Shown here: positions 22,239 through 34,124 of the stretch, piece after piece
Position numbering within the stretch: the stretch's first letter is position 1
Layout: the number at the start of each line of letters is the position of its first letter
Source of the DNA: Prochlorococcus sp. AG-424-M03
GTDB lineage: Bacteria > Cyanobacteriota > Cyanobacteriia > PCC-6307 > Cyanobiaceae
DNA: 64,000 nucleotides
Direction: 5' to 3'
Assembly: GCA_003213275.1 (NCBI GenBank)
Contig: QCNH01000001.1
Location: 22,196 to 86,195 of the forward strand
The notes under the pieces: generated by a model
Seen by the model: the letters and a program-made list of their open reading frames with translations, nothing else
The model's database searches: none
Told to the model about the DNA's origin: nothing
Made by a program: the position numbers and the translations under genes

Positions 22239-23711
22239 ATGCAATTTTCCAAATTCCAAAAAAATCTAGATAACTGGCAAGGTGCTTCATTAATTTTTGG
22301 AGTTTTAGAGGAAGAAATTGCAAGCCAACTTGAAAACATAAAATTTGTTGTTGACCCAAAATTATTACTAAAAAAAGTTACTCAAAAAAAATTCAAAGGC
22401 GAAAAAGGGGAAACTCTAAACTTTGAATTTTTAGATCAAAAATTAGAAACTTTAATCATACTTGGTCTTGGCAAATCGAAAGATCTAAATAAAAGTGATA
22501 TAGAAAACTCGATAGGAAATCTAATTAGGAAAACTGTTGATAAAAATGAAAAAATCAGCATTTTGCTACCTTGGGAATTAATAAATTCACAACTAGAAAT
22601 TAATAAATTAGCGGAGTCAGCAAGATTATCTGCATATAAGGACAATAGATTCAACAAGAAAAAAGATGAAGAGAAAGTTCTTAAAGAAATAGAGTTTTTG
22701 AATTTAAGAGAATTTGAGAATATTATCTTTGAAGAAACAGAAAAAATATGTGAAGGTGTAGAACTAGCCAGAAGACTTGTAGCCGCACCTCCAAATAGCC
22801 TAACGCCCCAAGAAATGTCTGTGCAAGCTTCTCAAATAGCTAAAGATCATGGTTTGGAAGTAAAAATTTTAGAGGCAAAAGAATGTGAAGATTTAGGAAT
22901 GGGTGCATATTTAGCTGTATCAAAAGGTTCTGATCTAGATCCTAAATTTATACATCTTACTTTGAAGTCAGAGGGTCCTATAAAAGAAAAGATTGCGCTT
23001 GTTGGGAAGGGTTTAACCTTTGATTCCGGAGGATACAATCTGAAAGTAGGAGCCTCTCAAATTGAAATGATGAAATATGATATGGGTGGAAGCGCCGCAG
23101 TTTTAGGAGCAGCAAAAGCACTTGGAGCAATAAAACCAAAGGGACTAGAAATTCATTTTATTGTGGCAGCTTGCGAAAACATGATAAATGGATCTGCGGT
23201 ACATCCTGGAGATGTAGTTAAGGCATCTAATGGTAAGACAATTGAAATAAATAACACTGATGCAGAGGGTAGACTCACATTAGCTGATGCTTTAACTTAC
23301 GCATCCAATTTGAAACCGGATTCAATAATTGATCTCGCCACTTTAACAGGAGCTATTGTTGTTGCATTAGGGAATGATGTAGCTGGATTCTGGAGCAATA
23401 ATGATGATCTAGCAAATGATCTAAAAGCTGCATCAGCCCAGGCTGGAGAAGAATTATGGCAAATGCCTTTACAAAAATCTTATAGAGAAGGGTTAAAGTC
23501 TCATATAGCTGACATGAAAAATACAGGGCCTAGAGCAGGTGGTTCAATAACTGCTGCTTTGTTTTTAGAGGAATTCTTTGATAAAGAGATTAAATGGGCT
23601 CATATTGATATTGCTGGTACTTGTTGGACTGATAAGAATAAGGGGATTAATCCATCAGGTGCAACCGGTTTTGGAGTTAAAACTCTTGTTCAATGGATTA
23701 AAAATAAATAA
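22239..23711 (+). CDS. pepA: leucyl aminopeptidase (M17)
   Basis: [32 protein letters not shown]. Confidence 0.97.
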   Translation: MQFSKFQKNLDNWQGASLIFGVLEEEIASQLENIKFVVDPKLLLKKVTQKKFKGEKGETLNFEFLDQKLETLIILGLGKSKDLNKSDIENSIGNLIRKTVDKNEKISILLPWELINSQLEINKLAESARLSAYKDNRFNKKKDEEKVLKEIEFLNLREFENIIFEETEKICEGVELARRLVAAPPNSLTPQEMSVQASQIAKDHGLEVKILEAKECEDLGMGAYLAVSKGSDLDPKFIHLTLKSEGPIKEKIALVGKGLTFDSGGYNLKVGASQIEMMKYDMGGSAAVLGAAKALGAIKPKGLEIHFIVAACENMINGSAVHPGDVVKASNGKTIEINNTDAEGRLTLADALTYASNLKPDSIIDLATLTGAIVVALGNDVAGFWSNNDDLANDLKAASAQAGEELWQMPLQKSYREGLKSHIADMKNTGPRAGGSITAALFLEEFFDKEIKWAHIDIAGTCWTDKNKGINPSGATGFGVKTLVQWIKNK

Positions 23712-23723
23712 CTATATTTAAAA

Positions 23724-24326
23724 TCACTTAGTCCAAAGATTTGTTGATCTAGCGTTATCCCCCCATAATTTATCCAACTTCTGATCTCTCCCACATGAGA
23801 ATCTATAGAACTTATATTTTAATTCATTTCTCTCAGCAAAATCCTGATGATATTCTTCAGCCAGCCAAAATTGACCTTTTGATTTTAGTTCTACAGATAT
23901 TTTTTCTAATGGCACTCGCAACTCATTAGAGGCCGAAACAATTGCATTTTTTGCATCACTTTCCTCAGTTTCATCTCTGAAAAAGATCACTGGCCTATAA
24001 GAATCTCCACGATCACAAAATTGACCCTTGGCGTCCAAAGGATCAATATTTCTGAAATAGAGCCTAAGTATCTCGGGTAAAGTTACCAATTTGGAATCAT
24101 AGTCCACCAAAACCACTTCCTGATGTCCTTCATGATTTTCGTAGGTAGGATTTTGTAAATCTCCACCTGCATAACCACTTTGTACAAAATTTACCCCCTT
24201 TAATGACTCTAAATCATGTTCTAAACACCAAAAACAACCTCCTGCAAGAATTAATTCCTCTGCAAAAGTGTTTAGAGGGCTAATAAATATTGAAAGAGCA
24301 ATTATTAAAGGTAAGAAATATTTCAT
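23724..24326 (-). CDS. msrA: peptide-methionine (S)-S-oxide reductase with signal peptide
   Basis: GGCFWC, GYAGG, GQFCDRG, AEEYHQ. Confidence 0.95.
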   Translation of the reverse strand: MKYFLPLIIALSIFISPLNTFAEELILAGGCFWCLEHDLESLKGVNFVQSGYAGGDLQNPTYENHEGHQEVVLVDYDSKLVTLPEILRLYFRNIDPLDAKGQFCDRGDSYRPVIFFRDETEESDAKNAIVSASNELRVPLEKISVELKSKGQFWLAEEYHQDFAERNELKYKFYRFSCGRDQKLDKLWGDNARSTNLWTK

Positions 24327-24342
24327 TTTTTTATTATAAAGT

Positions 24343-25521
24343 TCAAATAATAGAATTAATAATCTCTTTTGCAGCTCTCTGCACTACCCCCTCTTCACCT
24401 AATTCTTTTTTTAAAAAAGCATAACCTTTTTTTATTTTTATTTTTTCTGACTTCCCTTCAAGAATCCTACAAGATTTATAGAAGATTTTATTTTCGTTAA
24501 AGTCTTTCTGTACAAACTCAGGGATTATTAATTTATTAACTAACAAATTTACAGGGGAAATAAATCTTACTTTGAAGTTGAGAATTTTTTTAGCAATAAA
24601 GGCTGTTATCCTACTTACTCTATAACCAACAATCTGTGGTATTCCATACAAAGCTAATTCCATGTTAACTGTCCCAGATTTGCAAAAAGCAATTTTTGTA
24701 AGCGAATAAATGTAAGGCTTTAATCTTGCGTTATCTTTTTGAGAAATCACTTTTCCTTTAACTTGATATTTTCTAAAGGCTTCATTAAATTTTTCATCAA
24801 AAACTTTCCTACAGGAGGGTATATAGACAACTAAACTTGGATATTTTTGTTGTAATTTTCTTGCCGCCATCATAAATATAGGTAATATATATTTCAATTC
24901 TTGAGGTCTTGATGCGGGCATTAAAAGTAGAATATTTTCATTTGTGCGAAGGTTTAGAATAGTTCGGGCATCTTTCTTTATAGGAAGTTTTTTTGTCAAA
25001 TCAATCATTGGATGTCCAACCCACAAAACATTTCCACCCCTCTTTTTATAGAATGCTGCTTCTTTCTTGAAAATCGCAAAAATTTTATCGGAAAAATTTA
25101 TTAAATTTGTCGTACTATTATTTCCTACCCTCCAGGCCCATTCTTGAGGAGCAATATAGTAAAAAATTGGAATTTTAGTCCTAGATCTTTTCAATTTGGT
25201 TCCAATTTTTATATTGGGTCCCATATAGTCAATCAAAATTAAGCAATCTGGAGGATATTTTTTTAATAATTTATAAAATCTTTTCTGAATTATTATCGTT
25301 GGAATAATCAGAGGTAAAGCCTCCCAAATTCCTATTGCACTTATGGAAGTAGTATCTTGAAGAATTTTCACCCCTTCTTTCTTCATCCTTTCTCCACCTA
25401 ATCCGCAAATTTCTAAATCAATAGATTGTTTCTTTGCTTCATCTAATAATGCTTTCGATAACAAACTTCCATGCAAATCACCAGATACTTCTCCGGTGCT
25501 TATAAATATCTTTTTATTCAT
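24343..25521 (-). CDS. lpxB: lipid-A-disaccharide synthase
   Basis: GEVSGD, APQEWAWR, VGHP, PASR, KSGT. Confidence 0.95.
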   Translation of the reverse strand: MNKKIFISTGEVSGDLHGSLLSKALLDEAKKQSIDLEICGLGGERMKKEGVKILQDTTSISAIGIWEALPLIIPTIIIQKRFYKLLKKYPPDCLILIDYMGPNIKIGTKLKRSRTKIPIFYYIAPQEWAWRVGNNSTTNLINFSDKIFAIFKKEAAFYKKRGGNVLWVGHPMIDLTKKLPIKKDARTILNLRTNENILLLMPASRPQELKYILPIFMMAARKLQQKYPSLVVYIPSCRKVFDEKFNEAFRKYQVKGKVISQKDNARLKPYIYSLTKIAFCKSGTVNMELALYGIPQIVGYRVSRITAFIAKKILNFKVRFISPVNLLVNKLIIPEFVQKDFNENKIFYKSCRILEGKSEKIKIKKGYAFLKKELGEEGVVQRAAKEIINSII

Positions 25522-26360
25522 TAATTTACTAAAGGCATTGGACCACGTCTTTCTTTTGATATTGAATCTTTTAAAAAATCACATAATTTTATTGAAGAAA
25601 TATCTAATTTGCCTTTTGATGCCATTCCCAATGCATCAGACATTACATAATTCGACTTAAAAAGTAAATTCCAGGTGCTTTGCAAAAGTTTTAAATCAAA
25701 ATCCTTATTTTCCAGCAATCCACTTCTTTTAATTCCAATCCTATTCAAACCTCTCAATCTTCCTGGATGTCCTTCGGCTAAACAAAAAGGAGGTACGTCT
25801 CTATCGACTCTAGTCATACCTCCAATCATTGCTAAATATCCAATATGTACAAATTGATGAATACCTAAACAGCCTCCAATAATGGCTTTATCTTCAATTT
25901 TTACATGGCCAGCAACTTGAACACTATTTGATAAAACTGTACTATTCCCAAGTTCACAATTATGGCCTATATGAGTATAGGCCATTAACAAATTATTATT
26001 TCCAATAATAGTTTTTTCTCCTTCATCAGTTGCCTTATTAATGGTTACACATTCTCTAAAAGTATTATTGTCTCCAATTATCACCTCAGTAGATGCTCCC
26101 TTATATTTAAGATCTTGAGGATCCAGACCTATAAAAACATTTGGGAAAACCTTATTGTTTTTTCCAATTTGAGTTCTTCCAGTAATAACAGCATTCGGTC
26201 CTATTTCAGTTCCTTCTCCGATAATCGCATCAGGACCAACAATAGCTCCTTTAGAAATAATGACTCCTTCATGTAATTCGGCACTTGAATCAACAAAAGC
26301 GTTTGGGTGCACTTTTGCACCACTAAAGCTTGAATTTAATTGAGTATTTTTATTTTCCAT
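25521..26360 (-). CDS. lpxA: UDP-N-acetylglucosamine acyltransferase
   Basis: hexapeptide repeats, PQDLKY, HIGHNC, GIHQF; start probably 26360. Confidence 0.96.
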   Translation of the reverse strand: MENKNTQLNSSFSGAKVHPNAFVDSSAELHEGVIISKGAIVGPDAIIGEGTEIGPNAVITGRTQIGKNNKVFPNVFIGLDPQDLKYKGASTEVIIGDNNTFRECVTINKATDEGEKTIIGNNNLLMAYTHIGHNCELGNSTVLSNSVQVAGHVKIEDKAIIGGCLGIHQFVHIGYLAMIGGMTRVDRDVPPFCLAEGHPGRLRGLNRIGIKRSGLLENKDFDLKLLQSTWNLLFKSNYVMSDALGMASKGKLDISSIKLCDFLKDSISKERRGPMPLVN

Positions 26361-26364
26361 ATCC

Positions 26365-26823
26365 CTAATCAACTAATGAGAACATTAATTCGCCAGAACA
26401 AGCCAACTTTCCATCAACGTGGGCCTCAGCTGAAACCTTGCCAAATCTCTGTCTTTTAATACTCAATAACTCACAAGAAATTATCAATTGATCTCCAGGT
26501 ACAACAGGTTTTCTGAATTTAACATTATTAATTCCCGCAAAAACGAAGAGTCCTTTAGGGAGATCAGGCATTTGGGTCACTATAATCCCCCCAACTTGAG
26601 CCATTGATTCAACAATAAGAACTCCAGGCATTAAGGGTCTTTCAGGAAAGTGTCCTTGAAATTGAGGCTCATTTATAGTTACATTTTTTATTGCAACAGC
26701 ACGCTTTCCAGGAATATGCTCTATGACTTTATCCACAAGCGCAAAAGGATATCTATGAGGCAATAAACCTAGTATGTTCTCACAAGAGAGTTGATTATTT
26801 TCACTGGATAATTTCTTTTCCAA
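26365..26823 (-). CDS. fabZ: 3-hydroxyacyl-ACP dehydratase
   Basis: [15 protein letters not shown]...MPGVL.VESMAQ. Confidence 0.97.
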   Translation of the reverse strand: MEKKLSSENNQLSCENILGLLPHRYPFALVDKVIEHIPGKRAVAIKNVTINEPQFQGHFPERPLMPGVLIVESMAQVGGIIVTQMPDLPKGLFVFAGINNVKFRKPVVPGDQLIISCELLSIKRQRFGKVSAEAHVDGKLACSGELMFSLVD

Positions 26824-26840
26824 AACAATTAAAGATAAAA

Positions 26841-27677
26841 TTAATTTTTTAGCGATGAGGCCAATAAAGCATTTAAAGAATGTGATCCTTTATAAACTAA
26901 AATTTGTCCCTTAGGTAACCCTACCAAAGCCAAGTCCCCAATTAGGTCTAAAATTTTATGTCTTATTGGTTCATTATCAAATCTTAATGGTGGATTAACC
27001 CATTTATCACCATCACATACAAGAGCATTTTCTAAACTTCCTCCTTTTATTAAACCTAGTTCACTTAATTCTTGAAACTGATCCTTAAAACCAAATGTTC
27101 TTGCTGGAGCAATCTTTTCAACAAAACTTTTTGGATTTAAATCAATGACAAAAGTTTGATTTCCAATTGCTTTATAGGAAAAACTTATGGTGGATATGAT
27201 TGTAGTTTTTTTAGAGGGGGTCGCTGCAATAACTGAGCCTTCTTTATTTAGAATTATTGATTTATTAATCTCTCGAAAAAAATTATCTGGTTTAGGTGCC
27301 TTTTTTATTCCTACTTCTTCAAAATCTCTAACCCACTGAATAGCCGATCCATCTAAAAGCGGAATTTCTTTACCATCAACCTCAATATGTATATAACTTA
27401 ACCCACACCCAGCTAATGAAGATAATAAATGTTCAATAGTATATAAATTTCTCCCACCTAATTTAACTGCAGTACAAAGCATCGTACTTCCAATTAAATC
27501 TTGAGTTAGCTTAAAAATCTCTTTTGGTTTATCCCTAAAAGAAACATAATATCCTTCTTTTTCATAAGAAGAAATTCTAACTTTTGTTTTTTCTCCACTA
27601 TGAAGCCCTATCCCTTCTCTGGAGATAATACCAGCTAAGGTATAGCAAAAATCGTAATTAGTAGGCCAAGAAAACAC
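26841..27677 (-). CDS. lpxC: UDP-3-O-acyl-N-acetylglucosamine deacetylase
   Basis: [29 protein letters not shown]. Confidence 0.97.
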   Translation of the reverse strand: MFSWPTNYDFCYTLAGIISREGIGLHSGEKTKVRISSYEKEGYYVSFRDKPKEIFKLTQDLIGSTMLCTAVKLGGRNLYTIEHLLSSLAGCGLSYIHIEVDGKEIPLLDGSAIQWVRDFEEVGIKKAPKPDNFFREINKSIILNKEGSVIAATPSKKTTIISTISFSYKAIGNQTFVIDLNPKSFVEKIAPARTFGFKDQFQELSELGLIKGGSLENALVCDGDKWVNPPLRFDNEPIRHKILDLIGDLALVGLPKGQILVYKGSHSLNALLASSLKN

Positions 27678-29810
27678 TTAAAACTTCCAACCAACTCCAA
27701 GTGTATATCTCCAATCTCCACTTAAGTCCTTACTTGCAACATCTAATCTTAATGGGCCAATTGGGGTTTTTACTCCAACACCGCCACCTAGTGAAAAACC
27801 TGAACCTGATTTCTGCAACAGTTTTCCGGGCTTACCAGGAACATCCTTTTGAGTACCTAAATCACTTCCTGCATCAACAAATAATGCTCCCGATATCATT
27901 TTCCAAACCGGAAATCTATATTCTACTGTCCCCTCAACAAAACTTTTACTGACAGCTAAGTCACAAGATCCCCATCCTCTAACAGATGATGTTCCTCCCA
28001 TACAAAATGCTTCGTAAGGAGGCAATTCTCCAATAATAGTTCCGGCATTTAATTGAAACCCAATAGCCTGCGGACAGTCTTCGCTATCAGCATTACTAGA
28101 ACGACATGCTTTAGTTAAATTGATTAATTTTGTTGGTATAAAAAAAGAATATGAGGCTTTCATCCTATTAAATGTTGGCGAGTCTCCCCCCATAGAAACA
28201 AACTGTTCAGTAGCAAAGCTAAATTTATTTCCTGCAGTTGGGTTAGTGGAATTGTTCAAATCATTTCTAGAAGTACTGGCGATGACACTTACTAATGTAT
28301 TTTCCGCAGGGCATGAGCCATCACTTGGAGTAAATCCAATGCATATAATATCGCTTATATTACCTGTAGTTGGCGTTATATCGCCATAGGGTTTTTGGTT
28401 GCCATCACCATCTATCATCTTTACTTTCTTAAAATTCATTCCTGCAAGAAGTCTCCATTTAGCTACCTGAAATGGATCTCCACCATTAAGAGGCCTTGAG
28501 AAAGAAAATCCACCTCCTGTATTTTCTAAAATTATTGATGAAAAAGTATCAGAGGTTGAAGTATTTGTATCATTTACAGCATATATCCTTCCATTATTTT
28601 CACTTTTAAATTCTTGAGGATAATCTCTACTCAGAAAAATATTTGTTCTAAAAGAAGTTTTATGTTTATCTCCTTTAATCCATGGATCATATAAAGAGAA
28701 ATTATAGGTTGTTGAATATTCTCCAAAATTAAGATTGAGATTGGTAGACCATGCTCTACCGAATGCATTAGTCTCCTGTAAACCAAGTGTGGCAAAGATA
28801 CCTGAACCACTGCTATAACCAAGGCCTCCAGTTAATGATCCTGTTCTTTGCTCGCTCAAATCTAAGGAAATTATCACTTTGCCAGGATTTAAATTATCAG
28901 GAGCTAGGGATACCTTTACATCATCAAATAATGATGTTGCATAAAGTCGACTTATATCAGCTTCTAAAATTTTTCTGTTAAATATGGTACCTGGTTGTGT
29001 TTTTAACTCTCTTTTAATAACCCAGTCTTTTGTTTTCCCTTTTCTAGGTTTTCCATCAATAAAAGATTCACCATCAGACCCTGGGAATCTTAATTTTACA
29101 TCAGATATAATACCTTCAGAAACAATTAATGTTACTTTTCCGTTTTCAGAGATTCTTTCTGGCCCTTTTATTCTAGCTAAAGAATAACCCTCACTTTCAT
29201 ATCTATTCTTTATTAAATCAATCTTATTTTGAAATTCATTTAGGTTAATAGTTGTTCCATAATAATTCTTAAAAATATTATCGACATATTCATTAGAGAC
29301 TATTGAATTTGTTGGTTTAAGTTCCACTTTTTTTAAAATTGGGTTAGGAACTACTTTTACGATCAGCTTTACTCCTAATGGCCCATCTTGAGGGTTTATT
29401 TTAACTCCTGAGAACCAACCAGTAGCATATATTGCATTAAGGTCTTTTTTTAAAATTTGATTATCAACAATACTGCCTGGCTTTATACTCATCGAATCAT
29501 ATGCAGCCAATTCAAGTTTTCTTCCCTCAGGATGATTTTCCCACCCTTCAATAATTATTTCTGAAATTAGAACACTTTCTTGATTAGTATTTTTTTTATC
29601 CTCTGCAATAAAAAAACTTTTCTCTAAATTTTTATCTAACCCTTGAAATAAACCATTATTAATATTTTTTATTTCTAAAGTTTTTCTTGATTTTTCAACG
29701 TCATTTGGCAAATACTTTGCTGCTAGTTCAGAGTTATTTGATATCAAAATCAATTGAGAACAAGCAATATTTGTTAAAACCTTACTGAATTTTAAAGAAT
29801 GTTTTTGCAT
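27678..29810 (-). CDS. bamA: Omp85/BamA outer-membrane protein assembly factor
   Basis: POTRA repeats, VRGW loop-6 motif, TPIGPLRLD, terminal Phe (GWKF). Confidence 0.92.
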   Translation of the reverse strand: MQKHSLKFSKVLTNIACSQLILISNNSELAAKYLPNDVEKSRKTLEIKNINNGLFQGLDKNLEKSFFIAEDKKNTNQESVLISEIIIEGWENHPEGRKLELAAYDSMSIKPGSIVDNQILKKDLNAIYATGWFSGVKINPQDGPLGVKLIVKVVPNPILKKVELKPTNSIVSNEYVDNIFKNYYGTTINLNEFQNKIDLIKNRYESEGYSLARIKGPERISENGKVTLIVSEGIISDVKLRFPGSDGESFIDGKPRKGKTKDWVIKRELKTQPGTIFNRKILEADISRLYATSLFDDVKVSLAPDNLNPGKVIISLDLSEQRTGSLTGGLGYSSGSGIFATLGLQETNAFGRAWSTNLNLNFGEYSTTYNFSLYDPWIKGDKHKTSFRTNIFLSRDYPQEFKSENNGRIYAVNDTNTSTSDTFSSIILENTGGGFSFSRPLNGGDPFQVAKWRLLAGMNFKKVKMIDGDGNQKPYGDITPTTGNISDIICIGFTPSDGSCPAENTLVSVIASTSRNDLNNSTNPTAGNKFSFATEQFVSMGGDSPTFNRMKASYSFFIPTKLINLTKACRSSNADSEDCPQAIGFQLNAGTIIGELPPYEAFCMGGTSSVRGWGSCDLAVSKSFVEGTVEYRFPVWKMISGALFVDAGSDLGTQKDVPGKPGKLLQKSGSGFSLGGGVGVKTPIGPLRLDVASKDLSGDWRYTLGVGWKF

Positions 29811-29862
29811 AGTTATTGTATCTCTGTATTAAGGCAAATAAATCATTATTAATTAAATTGAG

Positions 29863-30591
29863 TTAAATGAAATTGTTTATTCTGCGATTAATTTCAGTAT
29901 AAGCCTCAATAAGACCACCTAAGTCATTTCTAAACCTGTCTTTGTCTAGACTTACAATTTTATCATTTTCCTGATTAAGATCCCATAGTCTGCAATTATC
30001 AGGACTAATTTCATCACCAAGTATGATATTTTTTTTAAAATCATAACCAAATTCTAATTTAAAATCGACAAGTTGCAATTTAATATTCTTAAAAAAACTT
30101 TTCAGGATTACATTTATTTTTAGAGTTAAATCTATTATTAAATCTAAATCTTTAGAGCTTATTATTTTCATTAATTCAATTCTATCTTTTGTAAGTAGCG
30201 GATCATTAAGTTCATCATTTTTAAGATAAATATCAATTAATGGTTTTGCCAAGATAGTGCCAGATTTAAGGGTCGTTTGTTTACACAAAGAACCATAAGC
30301 ATTATTTCTAAGAACAATTTCTAAGGGAATTATTTTGATCTTTTTTGCAATCATCGTATTCTCATTTTTGAGTTTAATAAAATGAGTTGGAATATTCTTC
30401 TTAATAAGAAGTTCAAAAATTTTTGCACTTATAAGACAATTAAGTTTTCCCTTCCCTTCAAACTTAGCCTTTTTCAAGGCATTAAAAGCTGTAGCATCAT
30501 CTTTAAATTCAATTATTACTTTATCTGAATCATTATGTGTAAATACTTTTTTAGCTTTGCCTTCATAAATTAAGTCATATTTATTATTCAT
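29863..30591 (-). CDS. purC: SAICAR synthetase
   Basis: YEGKAK, FKDDATAF, LVDFKLEFG, DEISPD, DKDRFR. Confidence 0.97.
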   Translation of the reverse strand: MNNKYDLIYEGKAKKVFTHNDSDKVIIEFKDDATAFNALKKAKFEGKGKLNCLISAKIFELLIKKNIPTHFIKLKNENTMIAKKIKIIPLEIVLRNNAYGSLCKQTTLKSGTILAKPLIDIYLKNDELNDPLLTKDRIELMKIISSKDLDLIIDLTLKINVILKSFFKNIKLQLVDFKLEFGYDFKKNIILGDEISPDNCRLWDLNQENDKIVSLDKDRFRNDLGGLIEAYTEINRRINNFI

Positions 30592-30725
30592 GAATTTAAG
30601 TCCCCATTTGATAACTAAAAGTAAGATTTGTAATTAACATATTTATTAGAGATCAACTTTAAAAATAGTTTATTTCATTTTAACTAATTTTTCATCGAAA
30701 CCTCATAACCTTAAAAACCAAATTT

Positions 30726-32057
30726 ATGAGTATTTATTCAAAAACCTCTAAAAGCTTAAGTAAATTAGAAAATATTTTAATAATTGGAAATGGCGGGAGA
30801 GAAAATTCTCTGGCTTGGGCTATTCAAAAAAATGAATTAGTCAAAAAAGTTTATTTAATCCCTGGGAATGCTGGATCGGAAAGGATAAATAAATGTGAAA
30901 GAATAAAAATCGACATAAATAATAAAAATGATTTAGTAGAGAGGCTTGATTTTTTAAAAATAGATTTAATCGTAATAGGACCAGAAATACCTTTAGCAAA
31001 TGGATTAGCTGATTTTCTTCGCAAAAATAAATTTAAAGTATTCGGTCCTGGTAAAGATGGAGCAAAATTGGAATATAGCAAATCTTGGGCAAAGGATTTT
31101 ATGCAAGACGCAAATATTCCAACTGCAAACTTTTGGAAAGTTAATTCTCTGGAAAAAGCCAAAGAAATAATCTATTCATCATCCATTCCAATAGTAGTAA
31201 AAGCGGATGGTTTAGCTTCAGGTAAAGGGGTCTTTATTCCTGATTCAAAAGATGAATGTATCAGAGCAGCAGAATCAATTTTTAATGGGAAGTTTGGGAA
31301 ATCTGGGAATGTGGTAGTTCTAGAAGAAAGAATTCAAGGGCCGGAAGTTTCAGTTTTTGCCCTATGTGATGGAAAGAAATATATATTACTTCCAAGCGCA
31401 CAAGATCACAAACGTCTCAATGAGAATGATAAGGGTCCTAACACAGGTGGGATGGGAGCTTATTCTCCTGCTCCACTATTAACAGAAGATTACCTCGATA
31501 TAATTATCAAAGAGATAATTGAACCAACAATAAATGAACTAAATAAAAAAAATATTGATTATAAAGGCGTAATTTATTTTGGATTAATGATCACAGAATC
31601 TGGACCAAAAGTTATAGAATACAATTGCAGATTTGGAGATCCAGAATGCCAAACAATAATGCCCTTGATGGATCAAAGTTTTGTATTACTTTTAGAAAAA
31701 TGCGCAATGGGAAAATTAACTGGTTTTGAAAAAATTGATACTACTGACAAGGTTAGTGGTTGTGTAATAGCTACCTCAAAAGGTTATCCTCAGGAATATG
31801 AAACTGGTTTTCCAATAAAAATTGGAAAGATTGACTTAACTGATTGTCAAATTTTCGACTCAGGTACATGTTTTAATGAAAATGGGGAATTAATAACTGC
31901 AGGGGGGAGAGTCCTAAGTATTGTTTGCCAAGATAAAGATTTTGATATGGTTTTTGAAAAAGCATATAAAAATTTAAATGAAATAAATTTTGACGGTATT
32001 TATTTCAGAAATGATATAGGCCATCAAGTTAGAAAAAACTTTTCTAAGGAGAATTAA
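30726..32057 (+). CDS. purD: phosphoribosylamine--glycine ligase
   Basis: GGRE, KADGLASGKGV, QDHKR, GPNTGGMG, EYNCRFGDPE. Confidence 0.97.
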   Translation: MSIYSKTSKSLSKLENILIIGNGGRENSLAWAIQKNELVKKVYLIPGNAGSERINKCERIKIDINNKNDLVERLDFLKIDLIVIGPEIPLANGLADFLRKNKFKVFGPGKDGAKLEYSKSWAKDFMQDANIPTANFWKVNSLEKAKEIIYSSSIPIVVKADGLASGKGVFIPDSKDECIRAAESIFNGKFGKSGNVVVLEERIQGPEVSVFALCDGKKYILLPSAQDHKRLNENDKGPNTGGMGAYSPAPLLTEDYLDIIIKEIIEPTINELNKKNIDYKGVIYFGLMITESGPKVIEYNCRFGDPECQTIMPLMDQSFVLLLEKCAMGKLTGFEKIDTTDKVSGCVIATSKGYPQEYETGFPIKIGKIDLTDCQIFDSGTCFNENGELITAGGRVLSIVCQDKDFDMVFEKAYKNLNEINFDGIYFRNDIGHQVRKNFSKEN

Positions 32058-32061
32058 TCTG

Positions 32062-34119
32062 GTGGATGATACCAATAATAACGATAGTGGAGGATATAAG
32101 ATTCCAGATAATGAAGATATTAATTACAACTACTGGAGTAATAGGCTCCTTGCTTGGTGGAGTGGTTTCAGTTTAAGAACCAAATTGCTCGCAATAGCAA
32201 CTCTTGTTGTAAGTCTCCTTATGACAGGAATAACATTTTTTGCACTAAATAGCATTCAAAGAGATGCAGGAATGAATGATACAAGATATGCACGAGATCT
32301 TGGATTATTATTATCAGGGAACGTAACAGAATTAGTTGCTAATAACCAAAAAAAAGAAATCTCAAACGTAGCTGAAAAGTTCTGGAGATCAAGTCGCAAC
32401 CTACGTTATATATTTTTCACTGATGCTGAAGACATCGTTCAACTTGGTATACCTATTAGTGCAACACCAACAAGTTCAGATAGTCAGTTCCAGCTCACTA
32501 GAAGATTAAAACTACCATCAGAATTAAAAAAAAGGCCGCAATTCCCTTTAGTTAGGCAACATGCTACACCTCAGGGGCAAGTTACAGATGTATTTGTTCC
32601 TATGTTATGGAAAGGCAAATATCTTGGAACTTTAGCTTTAGGAGTTACACCTAATAAAAAAGCCCTAGCCAGCGCTGCACTTACAAGAGAAGTTACCATA
32701 GCAGTATTTATATCTATTTGGGTTTTAGTAATACTTGGAGCTGTATTCAATGCACTCACAATTACTAGACCTGTAAGAGAGTTAGTTAGAGGTGTCAGAG
32801 AAATTTCAAAAGGAAACTTTAAATCCAGAATTTCTTTACCTATGACTGGAGATCTAGGAGAACTTCTAAATGGGTTTAACCGAATGGCCACTCAGTTAGA
32901 AAACTATGACGAGGCAAATATTGAAGAACTTAAGGCTGCTCAGATAAAACAACAATCACTAATAGCTACTATGGCTGATGGCGCAATATTATTAGACTCA
33001 CAAGGCAAAATTGTACTTACTAATCCAACAGCAAAAAGATTATTTCGTTGGGAAGGAAGATTTTTAGAAGGTAAATATTTTTTAAATGAAATCCCCGAGA
33101 TTTTATCAAACGACTTACATACAAATATAGAATCAATTTTAAATAGAAAAAAAGAGAAGGACGATTTAAGATTTAGCTTGGGAGAACCAGCTAGAACTTT
33201 AAGAATTGTCTTACAATCGGTTTTAGATACAAACAAAGTTGAATTAAAAGGAATTGCTGTAACAATCCAAGACTTAACAAGAGAGGTAGAACTTAATGCA
33301 GCACAAAACAGATTTATAAGTAATGTTTCGCATGAATTAAGGACACCACTATTTAATATCAAAAGCTATGTTGAGACTTTGCATGATTTAAAAGACCAGC
33401 TATCTGATGAGGAACAAATCGAATTCTTGGGTATTGCGAATTCAGAAACTGATAGGTTAACAAGACTTGTAAATGATGTATTAGATTTATCAAGATTGGA
33501 GTCTGGGAAAATAATTCAACTGGAAGAAATGGACATAAAAGCAGCAATAGAACAAACTCTCAGAAATTACAAGCTTAATGCCTCAGAAAAAAATGTTTCA
33601 TTAGCTCATGACATAGAAGAAACTATTCCTTCTATTCTTGGAAACTTTGATTTACTTTTACAGGTTTTTGATAATTTACTGGGTAATGGATTGAAATTTA
33701 GTCCAAAAAATAGCAACCTTATGATAAGGGCTTATACTTGGCCAGATTCCTGTCCTGCTTTACCTCCAAGCAATAACAATGATGAAGCACCTCAATGTGA
33801 ATTAGTGTCACCATTACCAAAAGTAAGAATTGAGATCGCTGATACAGGTTCAGGGATATCTCAAGCTGATCAAGATAAGATTTTTGATCGCTTTTATAGA
33901 GTAGAGAATGCAGTTCACACTGAGCAGGGCACAGGTTTAGGTTTATCTATAGTTCGAGGAATAATTGAAAAACATGGCGGGAAAATTAGTATGGCTAGTG
34001 AATTAGGAGTAGGAACAACCTTCTGGTTTGATTTAGCCTTAGCACAATCTGATAAAGATGAATTATTGACAAAAGCTATTAATAATAAAGATGCTTTTAA
34101 AGGCTCTGAAATTAGTTAA
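32062..34119 (+). CDS. nblS: sensor histidine kinase NblS/Hik33 (TM-HAMP-PAS-HisKA-HATPase)
   Basis: FSLRTKLLA, MNDTRYARDLG, HAMP, PAS, SHELRTPL, DTGSGI, GTGLGL; between purD and kaiC. Confidence 0.93.
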   Translation: MDDTNNNDSGGYKIPDNEDINYNYWSNRLLAWWSGFSLRTKLLAIATLVVSLLMTGITFFALNSIQRDAGMNDTRYARDLGLLLSGNVTELVANNQKKEISNVAEKFWRSSRNLRYIFFTDAEDIVQLGIPISATPTSSDSQFQLTRRLKLPSELKKRPQFPLVRQHATPQGQVTDVFVPMLWKGKYLGTLALGVTPNKKALASAALTREVTIAVFISIWVLVILGAVFNALTITRPVRELVRGVREISKGNFKSRISLPMTGDLGELLNGFNRMATQLENYDEANIEELKAAQIKQQSLIATMADGAILLDSQGKIVLTNPTAKRLFRWEGRFLEGKYFLNEIPEILSNDLHTNIESILNRKKEKDDLRFSLGEPARTLRIVLQSVLDTNKVELKGIAVTIQDLTREVELNAAQNRFISNVSHELRTPLFNIKSYVETLHDLKDQLSDEEQIEFLGIANSETDRLTRLVNDVLDLSRLESGKIIQLEEMDIKAAIEQTLRNYKLNASEKNVSLAHDIEETIPSILGNFDLLLQVFDNLLGNGLKFSPKNSNLMIRAYTWPDSCPALPPSNNNDEAPQCELVSPLPKVRIEIADTGSGISQADQDKIFDRFYRVENAVHTEQGTGLGLSIVRGIIEKHGGKISMASELGVGTTFWFDLALAQSDKDELLTKAINNKDAFKGSEIS

Positions 34120-34124
34120 ATTAT

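Noticed and set aside
26729-26737. Perfect DnaA box TTATCCACA, plus a one-mismatch copy near 46479
   Set aside because: Isolated single copies, one inside fabZ; no cluster suggesting an origin.
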